This document shows positions 9,747-16,961 of a stretch of 64,000 nt of DNA, piece after piece. The translations under genes and the position numbers were made by a program. The stretch comes from a virus (Duplodnaviria; Caudoviricetes), in IMG/VR virus record IMGVR_UViG_3300026549_000032, positions 1 through 64,000 of that record, one strand, 5' to 3'. Under the pieces are notes generated by a model, which was not told the DNA's origin, made no database searches, and saw only the letters and a list, made by a program, of their open reading frames with translations. Position 1 is the stretch's first letter; every line of letters begins with the position of its first letter.

Positions 9747-11159
9747 ATGATGGAGAACGATAAAAATATAAATGACTTTTTCACAAGTGCTGGGGATACA
9801 ATTCCAGAATTGTGCTTTATTAAGTCATTAAAAATCTACGGAGAGGATAAATTCCCTCTCGTTAATAAAGACCTCGTCGGCGAACCTCTCCCTGATAAAG
9901 GTATATACTCGGGAGACTACGACCTGAGGAAAGTTAATGAGAAACACTTAGAGGAAGCTTTAGCTAATGGTGAATCAAACATTACCATTGATGGTGTAAT
10001 CAGTAACATAAACATCCCAGTTACTACATCCACCACAAGAATTACAGCAGAGCTTGCTTCTACTACAACGGTCGACACTGATACTAGTAAGTTAGTGTAT
10101 CTGACTAATACCTCTAATGAACCAGTTGACTTGCTTAAGCTGAATGCACCGAACGTATCGACTGTTTACTTGAGTGGTGACTTTGAAACTGTTAAGACAA
10201 ATACATCAATTAAGAACAACGAAGGTACAATCAGTGACATTATAATTGCTGACGACGTAGAGAAAAACATCAGCGTTAATACGGCCTTCGATTCTGAGGC
10301 ATCTATTACATCAGGAACAAGCAACAACATTAACGTTAACACAAACAGTGTAGGTAGCAACTTGACTCTTGAGACACCTAATTCTAAGGTTAGCCTGAAT
10401 AATGGTACTTATGGAGTAGTAACTTCTGAGGTTGGTGATAACACGCTCATTATAGGAACTCCTACCGTTATAGAAACACTCAAGGTGGTTAAGGGTAATG
10501 TTATTGTCAATGACGTAACAGTTGAGAATCATATTCACAATATAATTAATGGTACAACCTACACAGTAAGTCCCGCTACTTATGAAGCCTCTACGTGGGC
10601 TACATTTAAGTCAATGGGTACTAAGGTCGGTATCACTAACGTAACGGACGACCTCGAGGGTACTGGTTCGGTATCATTCCCAGTAATTGGTACTGGTAAT
10701 TACGAATGGAACTTTGGTGAACATAATGTAAATGCAGGAAGTAGTTCAGCAGGCATATTCTTTGTACGTGGCGGTAGTGTAAAGCTTACTATTAACTCGG
10801 ATGGAACTTTCACCAACAACGCAAACAGCTACGGCCTTTGGGTTAGCGGTGGTTCTACAGTTAATGTAATGGGTGGTACATGGAACGCTTACACTCATGT
10901 CCTGTATTGTGAAAAAGGAACGATTAATATATACAGTGGAACCTTTAATTGCTTGAGTGATGATAAGAAATTTACAATTAACTGTCTTGACGCTAACTAT
11001 ACTGCAGGGACTGCTAAAATTAATTGCTTCGGTGGACGATTTATTGGATTTAATCCGGCAGAAAGCATGAGCGAGCCTGGTGGTCCTATTAGTTTTGTAG
11101 CAGAAGGTTATAAGTCAGTAGAAGTTGAAAGTGGAGTTTGGGAAGTAGTCAAGGAATAA
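9747..11159 (+). CDS. Beta-solenoid/beta-helix-like accessory protein (possible virion surface protein)
   Basis: Rich in T/N/V/G with recurring 'VNVMGGTW', 'INIYSGTF', 'INCFGGRF' strands. The C-terminus 'GFNPA...FVAEGYKSVE...WEVVKE' resembles Bacteroidota surface proteins. Confidence 0.5.
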   Translation: MMENDKNINDFFTSAGDTIPELCFIKSLKIYGEDKFPLVNKDLVGEPLPDKGIYSGDYDLRKVNEKHLEEALANGESNITIDGVISNINIPVTTSTTRITAELASTTTVDTDTSKLVYLTNTSNEPVDLLKLNAPNVSTVYLSGDFETVKTNTSIKNNEGTISDIIIADDVEKNISVNTAFDSEASITSGTSNNINVNTNSVGSNLTLETPNSKVSLNNGTYGVVTSEVGDNTLIIGTPTVIETLKVVKGNVIVNDVTVENHIHNIINGTTYTVSPATYEASTWATFKSMGTKVGITNVTDDLEGTGSVSFPVIGTGNYEWNFGEHNVNAGSSSAGIFFVRGGSVKLTINSDGTFTNNANSYGLWVSGGSTVNVMGGTWNAYTHVLYCEKGTINIYSGTFNCLSDDKKFTINCLDANYTAGTAKINCFGGRFIGFNPAESMSEPGGPISFVAEGYKSVEVESGVWEVVKE

Positions 11160-11181
11160 CATAACTTAATATAATATTGCC

Positions 11182-11844
11182 ATGGAACTTTTAAGAGGAG
11201 TGGTGTACAAATATACTAACATAATAAACAATAAAGTGTACATCGGCCAGACAATAGATGAAGAAAAACGAAAAGAGAAATGGCGAGAGATAAACAGTCC
11301 TTATGCGGGATCATATATTAATCGAGCCAGAGAGAAATATGGAATAGCTTCATTCTCTTATGAAGTAATTATAGAAATATTTGACGAGGATAGAGCCAGT
11401 TTAAAAAAGAGACTCAATATCCTAGAAATCAAATACATCGCTGAGTATAGAAGTAGCGAAGAAGAATTTGGATATAACTTAACAACTGGCGGCGGAGCTT
11501 CTGGCCGAAAGCAAATAGTAACAAATGAGGCTCGTAAAAATATGAGTATAGCTCAAAAAGGGATTAAAAAGCCAATGTCCGAAGAAGGTAAAAGGAATAT
11601 AAGCGAAGCGCATAAAGGAAAAAAGAGTCCATGGCGATATAAAAAAGTTTGTCAACTTGATAAAGAAACTGGAGAACTAATAAAAATCTGGGATTCCCTA
11701 ACAGAAGCTGCTGCATCTTTCGGAGATAATCGCGTGAGCAATCTAACATATGCAATAAGGGGCAAATATCGCCACAAATTTTATCGAGGATATAAATGGG
11801 TTTATTATGAAGATTTTTCTAAAAAGAATAGCGAAAAGGGATAA
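11182..11844 (+). CDS. Free-standing GIY-YIG homing endonuclease with NUMOD3 x2 and NUMOD1 DNA-binding modules
   Basis: 'GVVYKYTNIINNKVYIGQT', 'GYNLTTGG', 'EARKNMSIAQKG'/'EGKRNISEAHKG', 'KKVCQLDKETGELIKIWDSLTEAA'. Confidence 0.9.
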   Translation: MELLRGVVYKYTNIINNKVYIGQTIDEEKRKEKWREINSPYAGSYINRAREKYGIASFSYEVIIEIFDEDRASLKKRLNILEIKYIAEYRSSEEEFGYNLTTGGGASGRKQIVTNEARKNMSIAQKGIKKPMSEEGKRNISEAHKGKKSPWRYKKVCQLDKETGELIKIWDSLTEAAASFGDNRVSNLTYAIRGKYRHKFYRGYKWVYYEDFSKKNSEKG

Positions 11845-12268
11845 ATATACAATTGGGAAACTTTACATTGATGGAGAATATTTCTCAGATTGCATCGAAG
11901 ATAAAGATCGTGGTCTTACTCAGAATATGTCCCTCGAAGAGATCAAGAAGATCAAAATTCCCAATGAGACTGCTATCCCGACCGGGACTTATAAGATCAC
12001 ACTCAATGTGGTAAGTCCTAAGTTTAGTAAATATAATGCCTATAAATATATTGGCGGAAGACTTCCTCGACTACTTGATGTTCCTGGATATAGTGGTGTT
12101 CTCATGCATATTGGAAACACAGCAGAGCACTCCAGCGGCTGCCTGATAGTAGGACAAAATACGCAAGTAGGAAAAGTCTTGAATAGTACAGTCACTTTCA
12201 AGAAATTATACGCCAAACTACAAGAGGCAAATAAAAGAGGTGAAGTAATAACAATAACAATTGAATAG
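11807..12268 (+). CDS. DUF5675 family protein (L,D-transpeptidase-like His/Cys motif; putative cell-wall enzyme)
   Basis: 'YTIGKLYIDG', 'ETAIPTGTY', 'LPRLLDVPGYSGVLMHIGNTAEHSSGCLIVG'. Confidence 0.85.
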   Translation: MKIFLKRIAKRDKYTIGKLYIDGEYFSDCIEDKDRGLTQNMSLEEIKKIKIPNETAIPTGTYKITLNVVSPKFSKYNAYKYIGGRLPRLLDVPGYSGVLMHIGNTAEHSSGCLIVGQNTQVGKVLNSTVTFKKLYAKLQEANKRGEVITITIE

Positions 12269-12278
12269 AAAAATAAAA

Positions 12279-12330
12279 TCCCATGACTCAGGGGAACAAC
12301 GGCCTGAAACCATTCGTTTGGATCATGGGA
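12279..12330. other. Branched stem-loop after DUF5675 (possible minus-strand terminator)
   Basis: TCCCATGA (12279-86) / TCATGGGA (12323-30) encloses TCAGG/CCTGA and CCA/TGG stems. The A-rich tract on its left reads as a U-tract on the minus strand. Confidence 0.45.
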
Positions 12331-12395
12331 ACCGAAACAAAGAAAACGCGGACAGGAAAAGAGGAAAATCCTATTAATGAAAAGAAATAGTAGGA

Positions 12396-12430
12396 ATGGA
12401 TATGATTGAATTTTATGTCCGTTTATTTTT
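12396..12430 (+). terminator. Terminator-like hairpin
   Basis: ATGGATATGA (12396-405) / TTATGTCCGT (12413-22), 10 bp with 3 G-U pairs, followed by TTATTTTT. Confidence 0.45.
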
Positions 12431-12447
12431 GAATCGATTAAGAGAAT

Positions 12448-12694
12448 TATTTTCCATAACTAAACTTTATTTAAAGTGTCTGGATACAAAAATCCTAGTG
12501 CCTATGACCACTTGTGAAAGCCGTTATAGGTTTATGGACACAGATCATGAACCCGAATTTTCGCGTGGTCGGTCTATGACCGAGAACCCTCGACCTTCGC
12601 ATGGGGAAGCAAGCCCCAGCTTGGTCTCGTTCGCTTCGCTCTTCGGTTCTTCACTAAGTCTGATCCTAGATAAGTGATTTTGTTATGGAAAATA
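12448..12694 (+). ncRNA. Putative structured non-coding RNA (or ssDNA element) upstream of the helicase-like gene
   Basis: A perfect 13-bp closing inverted repeat TATTTTCCATAAC/GTTATGGAAAATA encloses several hairpins that need G-U pairs on the + strand, including one with a GNRA (GTGA) tetraloop. Confidence 0.5.
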
Positions 12695-12805
12695 TTTATG
12701 AACCCCGTGAACCCGGAATATACTTATTCTTAGAGATTACAGTAAAAATCTGTAATTATTGGTTCAAGGCTCGGGTGAACCCAGGCGCGAAGAAACGGGT
12801 TCACC
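12548..12805. repeat. Clustered TGAACCC motif (iteron-like) and terminal 9-bp hairpin
   Basis: TGAACCC at 12548, 12699, 12708 and 12776, inverted at 12797-12803, and a partial inverted GGTTCA at 12761. GGTGAACCC/GGGTTCACC forms a stem ending 32 nt before the helicase ATG. Confidence 0.7.
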
Positions 12806-12837
12806 ATAAAACAATTAAAAATTAAATAAAGTTTAGT

Positions 12838-14961
12838 ATGAATGAGAAATTAATTGTACCAAAAGGAATACGGTACATTAGTCAATGGCAAGACTTTAAA
12901 TTGGATGATTATCCACATATCATGAACAAACAAATACCAGGATGCGGATTTACTGAATGGTGTCTAGTTAACGGAGAAAATATTATTCTCTGTTCTCCCA
13001 GACGAATCTTACTACAGAACAAGTTTGATCAACATCAAGGGGAAGTTTTTCTAGTAATGAATAACCAAGAAGAAAAATTTTCACCAGATAAGGATCTTTC
13101 TAGGGGATTAAATATTGAAAATTCTCTCAAGAAAAAAGATTTGTCATTACCAGAAAATGTTAAAACAGAAATAAATTTAGTGGATTTGGTAGATGAAACA
13201 GAGGAAGTAGATAAAAATGTTTACCAAGAATTGAGGAATAATATTCGTGAGTATATTATTTCTCGAAAAATTAGTAAACAGCCTTGTAAAATTCTCGTTA
13301 CTTACGACTCATTTGGGTTAGTAAAAGATATACTCTATTCTTTAGGGTATTTCTTTGAGTTTAGGGTGATTATAGATGAGTTTCAGTCAATTTTCGTAGA
13401 CAGTAGATTTAAACCCTCCACAGAAATAAAATTTTTATCTTACTTGGATGGGGTACAGAAAGTTTGTTATGTAAGTGCAACTCCTATGATGAAAGAGTAT
13501 CTTTCAATGATGCCTGAGTTTAAAGATCTACCGTACTATGAACTAGATTGGGAAACAGATCAACCTGAGAGAATATCTAAACCAAATCTAAAAGTTAGAT
13601 ATACAAGATCTGTAACAGAGGCCGCTAAAAATATAATAATTCCCTATAAGGAAGGTAAATTTGACGTTAAATATGTTAAACGACAAGGTCAACCACAGGC
13701 TATTGAATCAAAAGAGGCTGTTATATATGTTAATTCAGTTAATAACATCATCAGTATAATAAAAAAATTTGATTTGAAGCCGGAAGAAGTTAATATCCTC
13801 TGTAGTAATACAATAGATAATGCAAATAAGGTAAAAAACAAGCTTGGACAAGGGTTTTCTATAGGCCGAGTTCCTCTTAGGGGAGAACAGCATAAGATGT
13901 TTACTTTTTGTACTCGTACAGTCTATCTTGGAGCAGATTTCTATTCAACAACGGCCAGGACTTTTATTATCTCTGATGCAAATATAGAGACTCTTGCAGT
14001 TGATATTTCTCTCGACTTACCACAAATTCTTGGTAGACAGAGGTTGGAGGATAATCCTTGGAAAAATTCAGCTGAGTTTTACTATAAGCCACTCGCTCTA
14101 AAGAATAGAACTGATAGAGAGGAGTTTGACAATTTAATAGCAACTAAGGATGCAACAACTCAAGGTGCTATTAAGAATTATGAGACTATTGCTGAGAACA
14201 GTCCTGATACCCTTGATGTGTTAATAGGAGGTTATGCTGATTTAATAAAAGTAAATAACTATAGAAAGGATTATCTTTCTCTAAAACCTATCCATGAAGA
14301 GTATGTAGATTCTGTTGGTAATGTTATTAAACGAACTATTTGGATCCCTACTGTTAACAATCTTGTTCGCGTATCTGAGCTCAGGGCATTTGAAATACAA
14401 CAGGTTGATTACAAAGATAGGTTTAATGTATTTAGTAATTTAGATAGTTCTCTTGGTTTAGATACTGAGAATCAAGAGGTTAGAGATTTTCTTCTCGATT
14501 ATCAAAACCTAACCAAGCTTTATGATAAACTAAAGTATCTTTGTAATCTCGATTTTCAGGGAAAGTTAACATCAATACTTTTAGCTCAGGTTTCAGAAAA
14601 GCATTTTCAAGAATATTTCACTATCCTAGGATCTGAGAGAATCCGAGCGTTAGGGTATGATGTATCTTTACTTAATAGAGAACTTGGTTTATTGACTTTT
14701 GATACAACAGAGCTTCTAGAAAAAGTATATAGTACTTTCCTTCCAGGAAATAGATATACATCTGTAGATATTAAACAAATGTTATCAATTATTTACGATG
14801 AAGTTGGTTATGGTAAAACTCCTATAGCAACTGACCTAGAAGATTGGTTTGAAATAAAACGAGTTCAAATTAATACAAAGGTATCAAGGGGAGTTTATAA
14901 GAGAGATAAAGGATTTGAAATTATTTCAAAGAAAGGGGCTCGGAATGATTTATCTTATTAG
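12838..14961 (+). CDS. SF2 (DExD/H-box) helicase-like protein with a degenerate Walker A and a C-terminal putative DNA-binding domain
   Basis: Motif I-like 'IPGCGFTE', Ia 'ILCSPRRIL', II 'IIDEFQS', III 'YVSATP', IV 'AVIYVNSV', V 'FCTRTVYLGADF', VI 'LPQILGRQR'. Confidence 0.8.
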   Translation: MNEKLIVPKGIRYISQWQDFKLDDYPHIMNKQIPGCGFTEWCLVNGENIILCSPRRILLQNKFDQHQGEVFLVMNNQEEKFSPDKDLSRGLNIENSLKKKDLSLPENVKTEINLVDLVDETEEVDKNVYQELRNNIREYIISRKISKQPCKILVTYDSFGLVKDILYSLGYFFEFRVIIDEFQSIFVDSRFKPSTEIKFLSYLDGVQKVCYVSATPMMKEYLSMMPEFKDLPYYELDWETDQPERISKPNLKVRYTRSVTEAAKNIIIPYKEGKFDVKYVKRQGQPQAIESKEAVIYVNSVNNIISIIKKFDLKPEEVNILCSNTIDNANKVKNKLGQGFSIGRVPLRGEQHKMFTFCTRTVYLGADFYSTTARTFIISDANIETLAVDISLDLPQILGRQRLEDNPWKNSAEFYYKPLALKNRTDREEFDNLIATKDATTQGAIKNYETIAENSPDTLDVLIGGYADLIKVNNYRKDYLSLKPIHEEYVDSVGNVIKRTIWIPTVNNLVRVSELRAFEIQQVDYKDRFNVFSNLDSSLGLDTENQEVRDFLLDYQNLTKLYDKLKYLCNLDFQGKLTSILLAQVSEKHFQEYFTILGSERIRALGYDVSLLNRELGLLTFDTTELLEKVYSTFLPGNRYTSVDIKQMLSIIYDEVGYGKTPIATDLEDWFEIKRVQINTKVSRGVYKRDKGFEIISKKGARNDLSY

Positions 14962-15793
14962 GTCTTCAGCTTACGACGAAACTAACGATATCTTCTCGTT
15001 TATATTAAAAATTGGATATACTAAAGATGGTGTCGCGGCTCAAAAGAGATTTGAGAACTATAATGGTCATAATCCAACCTGTAAGGTATTATTTAAAATA
15101 CCGAATGGAACTAGAAGACAGGAAGGCGCGCTTCATGAATACTTTAAGGAATTTCGTATATACAATAGAGAATGGTACGAATATAGAGAAGAGATTGTTG
15201 AGTTTTTCAAAACACATACTACAGCAGAATCTTTAGATTCCTCTTTTTCAGAATATAAGTTTAAATATGAGAGGAAGTCAGATACTTTTATTAAAGTTAA
15301 TAAGTTTAAGAATTTTCTTAAAGAGTTAGAAGATTCAGAGCTTAAATCTGCACTATCTGATTATTTAAAGATTTCACCTTATAAAAGATTGAAATTATTA
15401 TATGATCTTTTTAAGGCTGGTCTTGTTACTGAAGCACTCTTAGAAAATATTCCTGAAAATAACTTCAGAGATTATTTTAATATTCTTGGTCCAGATCGAA
15501 TAAAAGCTTGTGGATATAATATTACAGTTCTTAATCGAGAACTTGGTATTAAGTCTTTTGATAGTCAATCATTAGTAGAAGATATAAATAATTATTTCAC
15601 AGTTGGTGAGAGATATTCTCTATCCGACGTTAAGTCGAACCTACAGACTATTTATAAAAACTGTGGTTATGATAAATCTCCCCAAGCCAAAGATCTCTCT
15701 GAATGGTTTGAACTTCAGGATCTTACTTTCAATGTAAAAGTTGATGGTACTATAAAACGAACTAGAGGATATCGAATCCTCTCCAAGAAATAA
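14945..15793 (+). CDS. GIY-YIG superfamily (T5orf172/MUG113-like) nuclease fused to the same C-terminal domain as the upstream helicase
   Basis: 'MIYLI...LKIGYT.....KRFENY..HNP...LF.......EGALHEYF......REWY'. The C-terminal ~155 aa align with the helicase C-terminus. ATG 14945 is preferred over the TTG at 14915. Confidence 0.75.
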   Translation: MIYLIRSSAYDETNDIFSFILKIGYTKDGVAAQKRFENYNGHNPTCKVLFKIPNGTRRQEGALHEYFKEFRIYNREWYEYREEIVEFFKTHTTAESLDSSFSEYKFKYERKSDTFIKVNKFKNFLKELEDSELKSALSDYLKISPYKRLKLLYDLFKAGLVTEALLENIPENNFRDYFNILGPDRIKACGYNITVLNRELGIKSFDSQSLVEDINNYFTVGERYSLSDVKSNLQTIYKNCGYDKSPQAKDLSEWFELQDLTFNVKVDGTIKRTRGYRILSKK

Positions 15794-15872
15794 CACTTTG
15801 GGCTTTTAATGGAAACTACCATCTGCGCCCTTATTAACGGAAAGAAATTCTCCGAAACATAATAATAAAAAT

Positions 15873-15919
15873 AAAGGAAAATCCTTTAGTGATAATTCAA
15901 CACTACTGGATTTTCTTTT
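15873..15919 (+). other. Long stem-loop before the tail chaperone gene (terminator or 5' leader)
   Basis: AAAGGAAAATCC..TAGTG / CACTA..GGATTTTCTTTT. Confidence 0.55.
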
Positions 15920-15938
15920 CATCAAATTTATAAACTAT

Positions 15939-16703
15939 ATGAACATAGATGTATCACTTTTGCCGAGCGGGGGCTATGGATATGGCTTTCCCAGCATTAA
16001 TGTCAACCCTATGGTATTTCAAGACATAGTCGACTATACGACTAACTTGCCTGAGGATGATCCGCTTGGCCGTTATTTTTTCGACGTGGAAATGCTCAAA
16101 CAAGACGACCCGAGAGTGGTTGATCTCTACGTCATGGATATTGATTTCTTGATTTTCTATAAGAAACTCATCACGGTTTCTGAAGACCTTTCCTATCAGA
16201 TTGAGGTTAGGTGTCCTCATTGTGGAAAACCAATCAAGAAGACTATATCCTTTGAGCGTGATATTCACTTCAAACAGATTGACCCTAAAATTATGGAAGG
16301 GGCCAAGATAAACTTAGGGGGACATACTTACGATACGATTGTCCCTACCTGGAATGATTTCATTAAAGTATTCCAACTCTACCTTAGAATTCGAAAGGTA
16401 CATGATCTGAAAATGATTAAGACCATCTCCCTCATCAAGGACTGGGATTATGCTAAGAACCAGATAGAGCACGATATCTTAGAGGCAACTCATTCAGATA
16501 TTTCTCTCTTAATGGCTCTCCGTGAACTCTACTTTGATAGGGTAGATCCAATAATAGTTTATTGTCCTGAATGTAATAAAGACCTGGAACCGGGCGAAGA
16601 AAGGAGGAGTGTGGCAGTGAGTGTAGATTCTCTCATTGTCGATTTCTTTCGAGACCTCTATATCAATTGCCCAATTGATGGATCTAAAATTTTATTTAAA
16701 TAA
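15939..16703 (+). CDS. Tail/baseplate hub assembly chaperone (T4 gp26-like)
   Basis: 'LPSGGYGY', 'DIDFLIFY', two CxxC motifs (CPHC, CPEC) and a C-terminal 'DFF'. It sits two genes before the tape measure gene. Confidence 0.75.
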   Translation: MNIDVSLLPSGGYGYGFPSINVNPMVFQDIVDYTTNLPEDDPLGRYFFDVEMLKQDDPRVVDLYVMDIDFLIFYKKLITVSEDLSYQIEVRCPHCGKPIKKTISFERDIHFKQIDPKIMEGAKINLGGHTYDTIVPTWNDFIKVFQLYLRIRKVHDLKMIKTISLIKDWDYAKNQIEHDILEATHSDISLLMALRELYFDRVDPIIVYCPECNKDLEPGEERRSVAVSVDSLIVDFFRDLYINCPIDGSKILFK

Positions 16704-16956
16704 ATTCTTGAAGGTAGATAACATAGAGAAATATACCCTGAAAACACTTTTTAAGCTTAGGGAGGTTTATGATAAATTCCTCGAGTCTAGTAAAGGTGTT
16801 GATCCTGATTTCCCAACCATTGACTTTGGTGGAAAGGGAGAAACAGTGAAGGGTGTAAATAAGACAAAAGTTCTCGGTGATGATCCTGGAGACGATTCTG
16901 TTTTCGGTTATGATAATAACAATGGTCCCGCCGAGTCTTTCACATTAACTAGATAA
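16636..16956 (+). CDS. Second tail chaperone segment (gp51/'T'-like), probably expressed by +1 frameshift or from ATG 16678
   Basis: Overlaps the chaperone 3' end in the +1 frame, carries 'LMDLKFYLNKFLKVDNIEKYTLKTLFKL', and lies immediately before the tape measure gene. Confidence 0.6.
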   Translation: MSISFETSISIAQLMDLKFYLNKFLKVDNIEKYTLKTLFKLREVYDKFLESSKGVDPDFPTIDFGGKGETVKGVNKTKVLGDDPGDDSVFGYDNNNGPAESFTLTR

Positions 16957-16961
16957 TAAAT

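Noticed and set aside
11160-12330. Group I intron around the GIY-YIG gene
   Set aside because: There is no room for an intron core, no P7-like motifs were seen, and both flanking genes appear uninterrupted.
12396-12677. 93-aa ORF in the intergenic region
   Set aside because: It lies entirely over the hairpin-rich element, has an atypical composition and no recognisable motif, so it is more likely incidental to a structured non-coding element.
12269-12837. tRNA, hammerhead/twister ribozyme or known riboswitch
   Set aside because: No cloverleaf/TTCGA arm or catalytic core consensus was recognisable by eye; an Rfam search is needed to exclude these formally.
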